Origin: Enterobacter phage CC31 | Sequence record: NC_014662.1 | Length of the DNA: 64,000 nucleotides | Reading direction: 5' to 3' (one strand) | In this document: positions 39,283 through 48,700 of the stretch, piece after piece | Position numbering within the stretch: position 1 is the first letter of the stretch | Layout of the letters: every line of letters begins with the position of its first letter | Notes under the pieces: model-generated | Database searches by the model: none | What the model was told of the DNA's origin: nothing | The model's input: only the letters and a program-made list of their open reading frames with translations | Made by a program: the position numbers and the translations under genes

Positions 39283-39589
39283 ATTGTTCTTCCAACGGAT
39301 TGAAGAATACTTGACTTCCGCTTTTAAAGAAGTCTCCAATCATTGTAACACACCCATTTGAAAAGCTAACATTACCGTTCATTGAAGCAAGCAGTACTGA
39401 TTTCATTGAACGACAAAGCTCAATTGGATTATTTCCGGTGCCGTCATATATAGTGTACTCACCATTACGGTATTCTCTGATATCTCCAACCGCAAAGGAT
39501 AACTCATACACGCCGTGTACTTTGTTCCAGTTCTTCCATTTCTTTTGAGTTTTGTAAGTCTCTAACAAACGAAGATTATATCCGTTCAT
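39269..39589 (-). CDS. hypothetical protein, paralog of the adjacent downstream ORF
   Basis: 106 aa; shared C-terminal motif with ORF 38932..39282. Confidence 0.5.
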   Translation of the reverse strand: MNGYNLRLLETYKTQKKWKNWNKVHGVYELSFAVGDIREYRNGEYTIYDGTGNNPIELCRSMKSVLLASMNGNVSFSNGCVTMIGDFFKSGSQVFFNPLEEQYENQ

Positions 39590-40169
39590 AGACAGTCTCC
39601 GTTAATGAAGTTAGTTCATCACAACGTACCCAAGAAGTTTCTACCATTTGGAATGCGTTTTCCCATGCTGGATATGAAATGAAGCTCATGTCCAGAGTGA
39701 CATCAGAGTTAACGCGATGCTTCTTCTGTATTGACGTTTGGACTATACGGTCTGCGTATGGCTGAGCCGTCTCTAGAATCCCCTTACCACCAATAACAGA
39801 ATAGTTATCATTCGGAAGAAGACGAATACGAATGCCACCATGATTTGTGTAGTAGTTATTAGTTTTGTCAAGGAAAGCTTTAAATTCTTCTGGGCTCATG
39901 TAGCCATCAGGAAATAAACCATCTTTTGCTTGAGCAAATGGACGATTCATATCTTGGACAACAATGCACTTGCGACCTTTAAGAGCAGTAGGCATGCTCA
40001 TCCAAGTTTTTGCACCCATGATAACGACAGTGTCTTTAGTGCGTTTTGCAAAGTTTTGCATATCACGCTTGATATGACCCCAAGGCAAGCCATCTTTAAG
40101 ACCAAAAGCATATTCGTTTTGACCGTCAACGGTCTTGGTTCCGCAATAAGCATATACGAGTTGTAGCAT
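39576..40169 (-). CDS. frd: dihydrofolate reductase
   Basis: DHFR-like N-terminus MLQLVYAYCG...FGLKDGLPW; synteny with td. Confidence 0.88.
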   Translation of the reverse strand: MLQLVYAYCGTKTVDGQNEYAFGLKDGLPWGHIKRDMQNFAKRTKDTVVIMGAKTWMSMPTALKGRKCIVVQDMNRPFAQAKDGLFPDGYMSPEEFKAFLDKTNNYYTNHGGIRIRLLPNDNYSVIGGKGILETAQPYADRIVQTSIQKKHRVNSDVTLDMSFISYPAWENAFQMVETSWVRCDELTSLTETVYERI

Positions 40170-40381
40170 TATGATTTCCTGCATTTGATGAGTGCGTTGT
40201 AAAGGCGACGAGTAAATTCAATATTAGCTTCACGACCAATACGAGAGAAGAAGCCTTTAGTCATATCATCATATGATTGCTTTAAGCCAGTAGTGATTTC
40301 ATCGACAGCCTTATTATATCCGGATTTATGAGCTTTGGCTTTAGCTTCTTCAAACTCTTCAAGAGTCATTGTGATTTGCAT
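40169..40381 (-). CDS. hypothetical protein (frd.x)
   Basis: 70-aa ORF. Confidence 0.45.
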   Translation of the reverse strand: MQITMTLEEFEEAKAKAHKSGYNKAVDEITTGLKQSYDDMTKGFFSRIGREANIEFTRRLYNALIKCRKS

Positions 40382-40620
40382 TATCGCACCTCAATATAAG
40401 CGACATACTTAGGAAGAATATAACCATCATCACCAGAACCAATAGCAAAGCGATAATTTTTATTGCGGCCCTGTTCCCAGACTAATTCAACCGTGTGAAC
40501 TGTGCCATAAGTAGTTTCAACGATGAATGGCTTATCATATGCTTCATTTGCATAAAGTGTATCAAGGCAAAAATCAGGACCAATTTTAACCAAACAGATG
40601 TCTTTGTATTCAAGTTCCAT
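40381..40620 (-). CDS. hypothetical protein (frd.x)
   Basis: 79-aa ORF. Confidence 0.45.
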   Translation of the reverse strand: MELEYKDICLVKIGPDFCLDTLYANEAYDKPFIVETTYGTVHTVELVWEQGRNKNYRFAIGSGDDGYILPKYVAYIEVR

Positions 40621-40862
40621 TACAATAATCCTTTTTCTTCAATGAATGCAATATCATCTGGGTCTATACCATAATCCATATCTTCACCAGGTTTCACAAA
40701 GCTAAAATGACCATCCTCCTTGCAAAGTTCTGCTTGGAAAATAGAACCCCATTTATCTTCAAGAACTAAAAGGCCACTGTAATGCTGGCTTTTCATCATT
40801 AGCCCGAGCTCATGAGGAGTTTTGTATTCAAATTCTTTTAATTCAATATTTTTACGTTTCAT
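40620..40862 (-). CDS. hypothetical protein (frd.x)
   Basis: ORF with probable start MKRKNIELKEF. Confidence 0.45.
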   Translation of the reverse strand: MKRKNIELKEFEYKTPHELGLMMKSQHYSGLLVLEDKWGSIFQAELCKEDGHFSFVKPGEDMDYGIDPDDIAFIEEKGLL

Positions 40863-40960
40863 TAACCTTGCCTCATTCCGCATTTAAAGCATTTACCGCC
40901 AAGTGACCACAAACCGGCACCACAATACTTGCATTCCCAATCAGAAAGAATTCGAATCAT
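40862..40960 (-). CDS. zinc-ribbon mini-protein (about 32 aa; CxxC...CxxC), below ORF-track cutoff
   Basis: Hand translation MIRILSDWECKYCGAGLWSLGGKCFKCGMRQG; TAATG coupling to the next gene. Confidence 0.35.
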   Translation of the reverse strand: MIRILSDWECKYCGAGLWSLGGKCFKCGMRQG

Positions 40961-41264
40961 AACCAGCAGCCCTTACAAGACGACGCATCAGTTCCATTCC
41001 GTCTTCAACAGCACAAGCAAGTTCTTCAAATGCTGCTTTAGTGAAGATGAAAGCCGCACCTACTTTCTGGCGTTGAAGATAACCGTTGATGATTTGGTCA
41101 TCCAGCGGGAAGGTGCCATATCCAGTTTCAATTATGCCTGACACTCGGTTACCACGGGAGTGTGGGTCATACTCCATAGTAATCCAAGATACACCTGGAA
41201 AATTCTCAAACTGACAACGTACTTTAACTTTAGGATACGCAATTGAGTGAATATGGTTAGACAT
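40941..41264 (-). CDS. hypothetical protein
   Basis: 107-aa ORF. Confidence 0.45.
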   Translation of the reverse strand: MSNHIHSIAYPKVKVRCQFENFPGVSWITMEYDPHSRGNRVSGIIETGYGTFPLDDQIINGYLQRQKVGAAFIFTKAAFEELACAVEDGMELMRRLVRAAGYDSNSF

Positions 41265-41548
41265 TATTTTGGTTCCTTTTTAGCAATTTTCCAGGCCGCT
41301 TTGAAAGCTTCGACTTCAGAAATTTCAATCCAAAAACCGCTGCCAAAGCCATCGTTATAGCAGGGACAGCCATCGCAGTAATTGTCCCAAGTAAGTACCA
41401 GACCATCACCACGAACAGCACCAGTTTCCATTTCGCGAAGGCGATCTTCAGCAGCTTCAATAACTTCTGGGTCATTCCCTTCAATGATAAAGTACCACTT
41501 GCCATTGTATTCGCTTCCGAGTTTAATTGATTGACGTTGAAGTTTCAT
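41264..41548 (-). CDS. hypothetical protein
   Basis: ORF with probable start MKLQRQSIK; early-promoter-like motif upstream. Confidence 0.45.
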   Translation of the reverse strand: MKLQRQSIKLGSEYNGKWYFIIEGNDPEVIEAAEDRLREMETGAVRGDGLVLTWDNYCDGCPCYNDGFGSGFWIEISEVEAFKAAWKIAKKEPK

Positions 41549-41572
41549 TTTGTTCTCCTTTGTTTTGATAGG

Positions 41573-41604
41573 GCTATAGTAACACACCATAGCCCTGATG
41601 TAAA
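41573..41604 (-). promoter_or_regulatory. T4 early-promoter-like element
   Basis: CTGATGTAAACGGTTAG with GCTATAGTAACAC -10 region. Confidence 0.5.
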
Positions 41605-41607
41605 CGG

Positions 41608-41886
41608 TTAGTCGTCTACTTTTAGCAACTTTTTGAAAGCATCAAATGTTTTCATATGCTTAGCTTCAACATAAACATGCTTAACCATCTTGCCTTCAAG
41701 TGAGAAGACTTCAACTACCAAGTCATAGCACTCATCTTCAACGAGTTTCATGCATTTTGGAGTAGAAGCTTTGTCAAACAGCTGTACCAAGTTGTTGCCA
41801 GCCCAGATGTTTTTGCTGCCATCATAGCTATAATCTTCAGAAAGAACATAAAACATTTCAATCTCCAAAGGGCCCGAAGGCCCCAT
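41608..41886 (-). CDS. hypothetical protein
   Basis: 92-aa ORF. Confidence 0.45.
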   Translation of the reverse strand: MGPSGPLEIEMFYVLSEDYSYDGSKNIWAGNNLVQLFDKASTPKCMKLVEDECYDLVVEVFSLEGKMVKHVYVEAKHMKTFDAFKKLLKVDD

Positions 41887-41888
41887 TA

Positions 41889-42161
41889 TTAAGCGGTGTA
41901 ATCTTCCATCATTTCCATGATGTATTCATAATCTTCTTCGTCTTGAGCATAAAAATTCTTAACCCAAAGACCGATGTCTACTTGATGACCAATTAATTTA
42001 ATTTCTGGCCATCCGTCGCCTTGACCACTTTCATTTACAACTTCAAATTTCAAACCACTAAACGGGCTATTGAAACGAGAGCCATCGTCAAACTGCAAAT
42101 CAACTACTTTACCATTTTCTTTAACGAGGTCGCATACGATGTCAATTACAAGTTGTTTCAT
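41889..42161 (-). CDS. hypothetical acidic protein
   Basis: 90-aa ORF. Confidence 0.45.
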   Translation of the reverse strand: MKQLVIDIVCDLVKENGKVVDLQFDDGSRFNSPFSGLKFEVVNESGQGDGWPEIKLIGHQVDIGLWVKNFYAQDEEDYEYIMEMMEDYTA

Positions 42162-42190
42162 TTTGATTTACTCTCTGTTGTTTTGATAGT

Positions 42191-42222
42191 GCTATAATAC
42201 CACATCCATGTGGTGATGTAAA
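42191..42222 (-). promoter_or_regulatory. T4 early-promoter-like element
   Basis: GTGATGTAAACGGTTAG with GCTATAATAC -10 region. Confidence 0.5.
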
Positions 42223-42225
42223 CGG

Positions 42226-42450
42226 TTAGTTGCAAATTTCAGAAATAGTGTCAGCCAAGAATTCGCCAGTTTCGTCAGCGCCTACGCAGTAAGATTCAGT
42301 TAAGAATTTTACAATTTTCTCACGAGGACCGAATACTTTGTATTCATATCCCCATTCTACATCGCCTGCTAATTCGCAGTTAAGACCAAATTGTTCAACT
42401 TCAGCTTCGAAATGTTCTTCATCTGCAACGCCGAGATAGATATGTGCCAT
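42226..42450 (-). CDS. hypothetical acidic protein
   Basis: 74-aa ORF. Confidence 0.45.
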   Translation of the reverse strand: MAHIYLGVADEEHFEAEVEQFGLNCELAGDVEWGYEYKVFGPREKIVKFLTESYCVGADETGEFLADTISEICN

Positions 42451-42480
42451 TTTGTTTTACTCCGTTTGGTTGGTGTAAGA

Positions 42481-42512
42481 GTATAGTAACACAGCTTAAA
42501 GCGGATGTAAAC
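42481..42512 (-). promoter_or_regulatory. T4 early-promoter-like element
   Basis: GCGGATGTAAACGG with GTATAGTAACAC -10 region. Confidence 0.5.
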
Positions 42513-42519
42513 GGCAGAA

Positions 42520-42581
42520 TTAACGTAACGTATAAGTTACTTTAGGTGGGAATTGGGAGGTTAATGTAACGTATAAGTTAC
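42520..42581. repeat. two copies of a 21-bp direct repeat (TTAA[C/T]GTAACGTATAAGTTAC), each containing the palindrome GTAAC-N6-GTTAC, 41-bp period
   Basis: Read directly at 42520-42540 and 42561-42581; 20/21 identical. Confidence 0.8.
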
Positions 42582-42600
42582 GATTCCAGAAACAACAAAA

Positions 42601-42620
42601 GGAGCCCGAAGGCTCCTTCT
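42601..42620 (-). terminator. bidirectional intrinsic terminator downstream of gene 32 (GGAGCC-CGAA-GGCTCC with T runs both sides)
   Basis: Read directly. Confidence 0.65.
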
Positions 42621-42624
42621 TTTA

Positions 42625-43545
42625 TTACAGACCGTTCAGCAGTTCGTCGAGGTCTTCATCACCGCTGGAGGCAGAACCGCCAGTTTCCATGAAGTCTTCA
42701 GCTGGTGCTGATTTCTGAGAACCTGCGTTAAAGTTCGCGAGGTCATCTTCAAAGTTGTCCAGGTCTTCACCAACTTTATCAGCCTGAGCAGAAGCGCGAG
42801 ACGCGGCAGTACCCATAGCAGCTGTACCCATAACCTGAAGGAATTTCTTCTGGTTATCTTCGAAAGATTTGAACTGGTCTTTCGCAGTCAGAGTGGTCAG
42901 GTCGACCATTTGTTCCTGCAGTTGTGCCTGATAAGCTTCATCTTCGATATTAGGAATCTCAGATTGACCAAGGAACTTGGATTCATCGTAGTTGCTGAAA
43001 CCAGATACTTTCTTAACTTTCAGAACGAAGTTAGCACCTTCAAACGCACAAGTTACGTCGATTGGAGTTTCGCCCATTTCAACGTCAACGGCAACCATTG
43101 CATTGATTTTGTCCCAAATTTTCTTACCGAAACGATATTTGAAGACTTTACCTTCGTTTTCTGGAGCAGCCGGGTCTTTAACAACCAGGATGTTCGCGTA
43201 GTAAGAAGTTTTGCGTTTCAACAGCTTGTATTCTTCGTTGTTGGTGTTATATGAATCATTCTTGGACAGATATTGACATACTGGGCAAGAATCATAATCA
43301 CCGTGGGTAGAAGTACAGTTTTCAATGTACCATTTACCGCCTTTCTTGAAGCCGTGATTCACCAGAACAGCGAATGGTACGCCTTCATCACCTTTACCTG
43401 GCAGGAAACGGATGACCGCTTGACCGTTACCAGCATTATCCAACTTCAGTTTCCATTCACCTTTATCTTCGGAATTGAAACCTTTAGAACCAGACAGGGA
43501 AGCCAGTTGGGAAGCCAGGGCAGCAGGATTTTTACGCTTAAACAT
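42625..43545 (-). CDS. 32: single-stranded DNA-binding protein gp32
   Basis: 306 aa; near-identical blocks to T4 gp32 as recalled ([44 protein letters not shown], acidic C-terminal tail). Confidence 0.96.
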   Translation of the reverse strand: MFKRKNPAALASQLASLSGSKGFNSEDKGEWKLKLDNAGNGQAVIRFLPGKGDEGVPFAVLVNHGFKKGGKWYIENCTSTHGDYDSCPVCQYLSKNDSYNTNNEEYKLLKRKTSYYANILVVKDPAAPENEGKVFKYRFGKKIWDKINAMVAVDVEMGETPIDVTCAFEGANFVLKVKKVSGFSNYDESKFLGQSEIPNIEDEAYQAQLQEQMVDLTTLTAKDQFKSFEDNQKKFLQVMGTAAMGTAASRASAQADKVGEDLDNFEDDLANFNAGSQKSAPAEDFMETGGSASSGDEDLDELLNGL

Positions 43546-43555
43546 AGATTTTACC

Positions 43556-44209
43556 TTAATATTTACAGTTTTTGACAGTTTTTATGAACAGTTGTTTTGC
43601 TTCTTCGCGGTCAACATTAAGTATCTTTCGATACGCATGTAACTTTGTAGAGTAGTTTGACCAGACCAGATTATCGGTTGCTTGGTCATGTTTATTTATA
43701 ATGTCCAGAAACGAGTCCAGAATTATAAAAGTCTCGAAAGAGATGATATTACTTTGAAGTAATTTGAATATGTATGACGAGTTAACCTTATCATTATAAT
43801 CAAATAACTCATTAAGCGATTTAACTTCAACTTTCTTGCTGAAATAGTAAATATTGCGAACGTCTTCTTCGAAGTTCGACTTGATTAATTTCAGCTTACC
43901 GATATATTCACGATAAAACACTAACGCATCAGCATCGGAAATTTCACCAATCCAAGCGTCCTGGTTAGCTACCAGGTTACTGATGAATATCAAGGTCAAT
44001 TCTTTTAATGTGTACTTCTCAGATAACTTCTTGAAGAAGTATTTGTCACGACGTTTATCGTAAGCCTTATCTGATACTCGCATGCACCAGTTGTACTTGA
44101 CAACATCATATCGACCGTTGAAGTGATTCTTCAACATCAAGTACAACTTGTACACAGACTTACCGTCGATATATCGTCCACCATTTGGTGGCATGCGCAA
44201 TTTAATCAT
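43556..44209 (-). CDS. 59: helicase loader gp59
   Basis: 217 aa (same as T4 gp59 as recalled); basic; synteny 32-59-33. Confidence 0.88.
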   Translation of the reverse strand: MIKLRMPPNGGRYIDGKSVYKLYLMLKNHFNGRYDVVKYNWCMRVSDKAYDKRRDKYFFKKLSEKYTLKELTLIFISNLVANQDAWIGEISDADALVFYREYIGKLKLIKSNFEEDVRNIYYFSKKVEVKSLNELFDYNDKVNSSYIFKLLQSNIISFETFIILDSFLDIINKHDQATDNLVWSNYSTKLHAYRKILNVDREEAKQLFIKTVKNCKY

Positions 44210-44505
44210 AACAGGAAATCGAGTGTATTTGTCTTTTGCTGTTTACTAAAGGATGGACGCAATAGATTATCGTCCAATGCTTCGCTCATAATCTTTTCAA
44301 TTATATTACCAGGAATATATTTAGCGAATGCAGTTTCAGGGAAAGAATTTTCTTCTAACCAGTGTGTAGCAGCTTCAAGATAACTCATTCCATGTTCATT
44401 AACTAAAGCTTCGATAGCGAAGCCATTGTTCTGTTTATCTACTAATGTAGTAACAGAATCCGGCTTTTCAGCCGGAGTTTCATCATTTAGGGAAAACAGT
44501 GTCAT
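44206..44505 (-). CDS. 33: late transcription co-activator gp33
   Basis: Start MTLFSLND (T4 gp33 begins MTQFSLND as recalled); C-terminus KTNTLDFLL. Confidence 0.88.
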   Translation of the reverse strand: MTLFSLNDETPAEKPDSVTTLVDKQNNGFAIEALVNEHGMSYLEAATHWLEENSFPETAFAKYIPGNIIEKIMSEALDDNLLRPSFSKQQKTNTLDFLL

Positions 44506-44758
44506 ACAGCTCAATCGCCTCTTCAGTTTCGGCTTCAAATTCATCACGAGCAGATTTGAAGTATAGAGTCAGCAGTCGGTTAAACATCTTACCGTCAACG
44601 CCAAGTTCATCTTTAGCGCGAGTACGAATATCACCAATTAGGGTCTGGAAACCGGAGATTTTCAGTTTATGGTCGGCAGCTTCAACAATTAGTTTCTTGA
44701 GGTCAGCACCATGCACTGCTTCGTCAAATTCAACTGGTTCTTTCTTTTCTTTAGCCAT
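44483..44758 (-). CDS. dsbA: double-stranded DNA-binding protein DsbA
   Basis: 91 aa; synteny between rnh and 33. Confidence 0.75.
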   Translation of the reverse strand: MAKEKKEPVEFDEAVHGADLKKLIVEAADHKLKISGFQTLIGDIRTRAKDELGVDGKMFNRLLTLYFKSARDEFEAETEEAIELYDTVFPK

Positions 44759-44765
44759 AATTTCC

Positions 44766-45689
44766 TCAGAAATCGTTAACGTTTTTGGTTAATTTTGAAA
44801 GTCCTGATTTCACGAAGTAAGGATAGATTTTACCACGTGGAGGTACTTTATAAGAGTTATAATAATCCAGAATTTGATTAGCAATATCTTCTGGAATATA
44901 ATCGAAGTCGATAAGCACTCGGTTTTCATAAAACCGTTTGAGCTGCTCACCTTCAAGAATAGTTGTGATATCTTCTGCGTCACAACACTGTTCAACAAAA
45001 GCAGTTTTAGTTGGTGGAGTACGTTCACCATCTACGCGAGTATACCAGAAATCAGAACGCACAGTAATTGCTGCCACGTTATCTTTCTTATCGCCTTTGA
45101 CTACTTTCATCATACAATCAAGTGCAGGAGAACCTGTCTTCGCTTTAACGAATTTCTTCTGCATCGGAGACCATTGAGTTACATTCGGATATTTGTGCAA
45201 CTGAGTAAAGTCACCATCTGATGAAACGATAAGTACTTTATTACCTTCTAGCGAAAGCTTTTTAGTGAGGACCGCAATATGGTCATCCGCTTCCATTTTA
45301 TCAATATTCATCATATGATAAGGCATGTACTTTTCAAATTCTTCAATTACAGTACGAATACCTTCGAAATAGCCTTCCCAGTCCCATTCAGACTCTTCGC
45401 GACCATCTGCACGGTTCTTTTTGTAGTAATAAGCTTTATCACGACGCCAATAGCCGGACTTAGCATTATCACAACAAATAATTACCTTGTTGTAACCGTC
45501 TTTGCGGAATTTGAATGCGTTAAATTTCAGAGTGCTCAATACCAGATGACGAAGCATCGGAGTAGTGATTTTCTCTTTATCTTTGAAAGTGTGCATCGCT
45601 GTCGCCAATGCGATTTGAGACAAGTCGACTAGAATGTAACCATCTTTTACTTGGTCTTCTTCGTCGAAGAGACAGTTTAAATTAGACAT
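44766..45689 (-). CDS. rnh: RNase H (5'-3' exonuclease / flap endonuclease)
   Basis: FEN-family motifs; close match to T4 RNase H as recalled (ILIVSSDGDFTQLHKYPNVTQWSP); GAGG SD before ATG at 45689. Confidence 0.9.
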   Translation of the reverse strand: MSNLNCLFDEEDQVKDGYILVDLSQIALATAMHTFKDKEKITTPMLRHLVLSTLKFNAFKFRKDGYNKVIICCDNAKSGYWRRDKAYYYKKNRADGREESEWDWEGYFEGIRTVIEEFEKYMPYHMMNIDKMEADDHIAVLTKKLSLEGNKVLIVSSDGDFTQLHKYPNVTQWSPMQKKFVKAKTGSPALDCMMKVVKGDKKDNVAAITVRSDFWYTRVDGERTPPTKTAFVEQCCDAEDITTILEGEQLKRFYENRVLIDFDYIPEDIANQILDYYNSYKVPPRGKIYPYFVKSGLSKLTKNVNDF

Positions 45690-45720
45690 TAGAACCTCGT
45701 TCATTTAGTAACAGAGTCAT

Positions 45721-45728
45721 TATAAATA
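45721..45728 (+). promoter_or_regulatory. late promoter TATAAATA for gene 34
   Basis: Exact TATAAATA about 30 nt upstream of gene 34 ATG (45759); AGGAG SD. Confidence 0.7.
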
Positions 45729-45758
45729 AGTTCTATAATAGCAAATAGGAGCACCATT

Positions 45759-48700
45759 ATGGCAGATTCAATCAAACGCAAGTTTCGTGGCGCTGAAGGC
45801 TTCGATGCTGCGGGTGAAAAAATAGTCAACGTTGCTACTGCTGACCGCACGGTGTTATCCGATGGCGTCAACGTTGAATTCCTTATACAAGAAAACACAT
45901 TACAACAATATGATGAAACACGTGGCTACACTTCTGGCTTCGCAGTAATTTACGACAACCGTATTTGGGTTTCAAATCGTGATATTGCAAAACCTGCCGG
46001 TGCATTCAACGAACTCTTCTGGAACTCAGTACGTACTGACGCCAAGTGGCGAGTAGTTTCAAGCGGAACCACTACTCTGAAATCAGGTGAATTCATTTCA
46101 GTCGACACCAATAAAGGTAACGACATGGTATTCACTCTGCCGAATAACCCACAAGACGGCGATACAATTATGCTGAAGGATATCGGGAACAAAACCGGTA
46201 CTGTAGGCGTAGTTATTAACGCATCAGTACAAGATATCGTTCTGCGTGACCCTACGAATAAAGTTCGTTCTGTTCGTATGACTCATCCGTTGTCTCAGTA
46301 CGTGTTTGTGTTCAGTAACAGATTGTGGAACCTTTACGTTTCAGATTACGCTCGTTATGCTCGCATTGTAACTCCAAGTGCAGTTGTACAAGCACAATCA
46401 AACGACTTTATCGTTCGTCGCTATACTTCTCCAGGTCCAATTCGTATCACTTTACCTAAGTTTGCGAATACCGGAGATATTATCAACTTTACTGACCTTG
46501 ATGGAAAGAACCCTCAATTCCACATGATTGTTAGTACTTTTGATGATAACACTAACATCGGTACTGTTGGTCAAAAATCAGTAGAAGTTCGTACTTCAGG
46601 CGACGGATTCATCGTATATGATGCTTCAGAATCTATCTGGAGAATCTGGGAAGGTGATTTACGCCCACGTATGCGTATCATCACTGATAACGTAACTTTA
46701 ATTCCAAACGATGTTGTTACTGTTTTTGGTGTAAATAACACTACCCAGAAAACTATTGACATCACTTTGCCTACTGATATTGCTGTTGGTGATACCGTCA
46801 CTATCGCAATGAATTATATGCGCAAAGGCCAAAAGGTAAATATCAGAGCAGCTACTGGAGACAAAATTGCTTCAAGTCTTCAATTACTGCAATTCCCTAA
46901 ACGCTCAGAGTATACGCCTGATGCAGCTTGGGTAATGAATGATGTTCTTACTTTCGACGGCACTACTTCTTATGTTCCAGTGCTTCAGTTATCTTATATT
47001 GAAAATGCTGGTTCAAAATACTGGATTGTAGCAGATAATGCTCCGACGGTAGAACGTGTTGATTCAAAAGATAATGAAACTCGTAAGCGTCTTGGTGTTA
47101 TTGCTCTTGCTTCTCAAGCTCAAGCTAACGTTGATTATGAAAATAGTCCAGAAAAAGAATTAGCAATTACTCCAGAGACTTTAGCAAACCGTATTGCTAC
47201 CAAGATTCGTCGTGGTATTGCTCGTCTGGTCACATTAACTGAAATTCAGGCTCCAACTTCTGGTCCGCATCTGGATGATGTTATTGTTACTCCAGCTATG
47301 CTGAATGAAAAAACAGCTACTGAAGAAAGACGCGGTGTTGCTGAAACCGCTACTCAGGCTGAAGCAAATGGTTCAACTGATGATGAAAGAATTGTTACTC
47401 CGAAGAAGCTGCATAACCGTATTGCTTCTGAGACGTTGACTGGTATTCTTAAATTAGTAAGAACTGTTGGAACTGCGGCGGGTATTGGACGAGATACGAA
47501 AGGTACTAACATTTATGACTATGATAACAACATTGATGCGGTAACTCCAAAATCACTGTTCCAATTCAAGTCTACTGAGCAAGCTCAGGGCGCTGTTTAT
47601 CTGGCTACTCAAAACGAAGTAATTGCTGGTGGTCCAGCTCAACCTGGTTTCCCAGTCGTTGTTACTCCACAAACGCTTCACGGTAAAACTTCAACTGATT
47701 CAAGAATCGGTTTGATTCAAATTGCTAAACAAGCTGAAGTAGATGCTGGCACAGATTACACAAAAGCAGTTACTCCTAAAACTCTGAATGACCGTAAGGC
47801 TCGTGAAGATTTAAGTGGTATTGCTGAAATTGCAACTCAAGCTGAATTTGATACTGGAACAGACGATACTCGTATCGTAACTCCATTAAAGGTTAAAACT
47901 CGTTTCAATTCAACCGATAGAACATCTGTTGTTGCTCTGTCTGGATTAGTTGAGCAAGGAACCTTGTGGGACCATTATACATTAGATATCAAAGAAGCAT
48001 CTGAGACCCAGCGTGGTACCGCTGCTCTGGCTACTCAAGTACAAGTTGATGCTGGCACTGATGATAAGACGATTGTTACGCCTAAGAAATTACAGGCTAA
48101 GAAAGCGACTGAGACTACCGAAGGTATTATCCAAGTTGCTAACCAAACTGAAACTGTAGCCGGCACCATCGCTATTAAAGCAGTTTCTCCGAAGAACTTG
48201 AAGTATATTGCTCAGGAAGAAAAAACTTGGGAATCTACTATAGCTCGTCGTGGTTTTGTTAAATTGTCAGAAAAAGCACTTACCTTTAAAGGGGATGCTA
48301 CTAATGGTTCTGGCCGTCTGCTTCCAGGTGACTTAATCAACGAACCTGCTTTGACAGATTTGCCTAAAGAAGGATATGCAGTATCTCCATATGAGATGAA
48401 CCGTGCGCTGCAATACTTCTTACCGGCTAAAGCGAAAGCTGTTGATTCTGATTTGCTTGATGGACTTGATTCAACTCAGTTTGTACGCCGTGATATCGAC
48501 CAAGTAGTTAATGGTAAAATTACGTTCAAAAAGGATGTTACTCTAGAAGCTCCTCTGGTGTCCTCTAGTACGGCCAAGTTCACTACCGTGAATGCTACTA
48601 TATCTGTTGATATTGGTGACACCCTGGGTAATTCTAGAATCAATTTGAATACTCTGGCGAATGGTTGGAACATCGAGACGCTGGCGAATGGTTCAACTCT

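Noticed and set aside
41257-41505. 82-aa ORF overlapping ORF 41264..41548 in another frame
   Set aside because: Embedded in a better-supported ORF; Leu/Lys low-complexity translation
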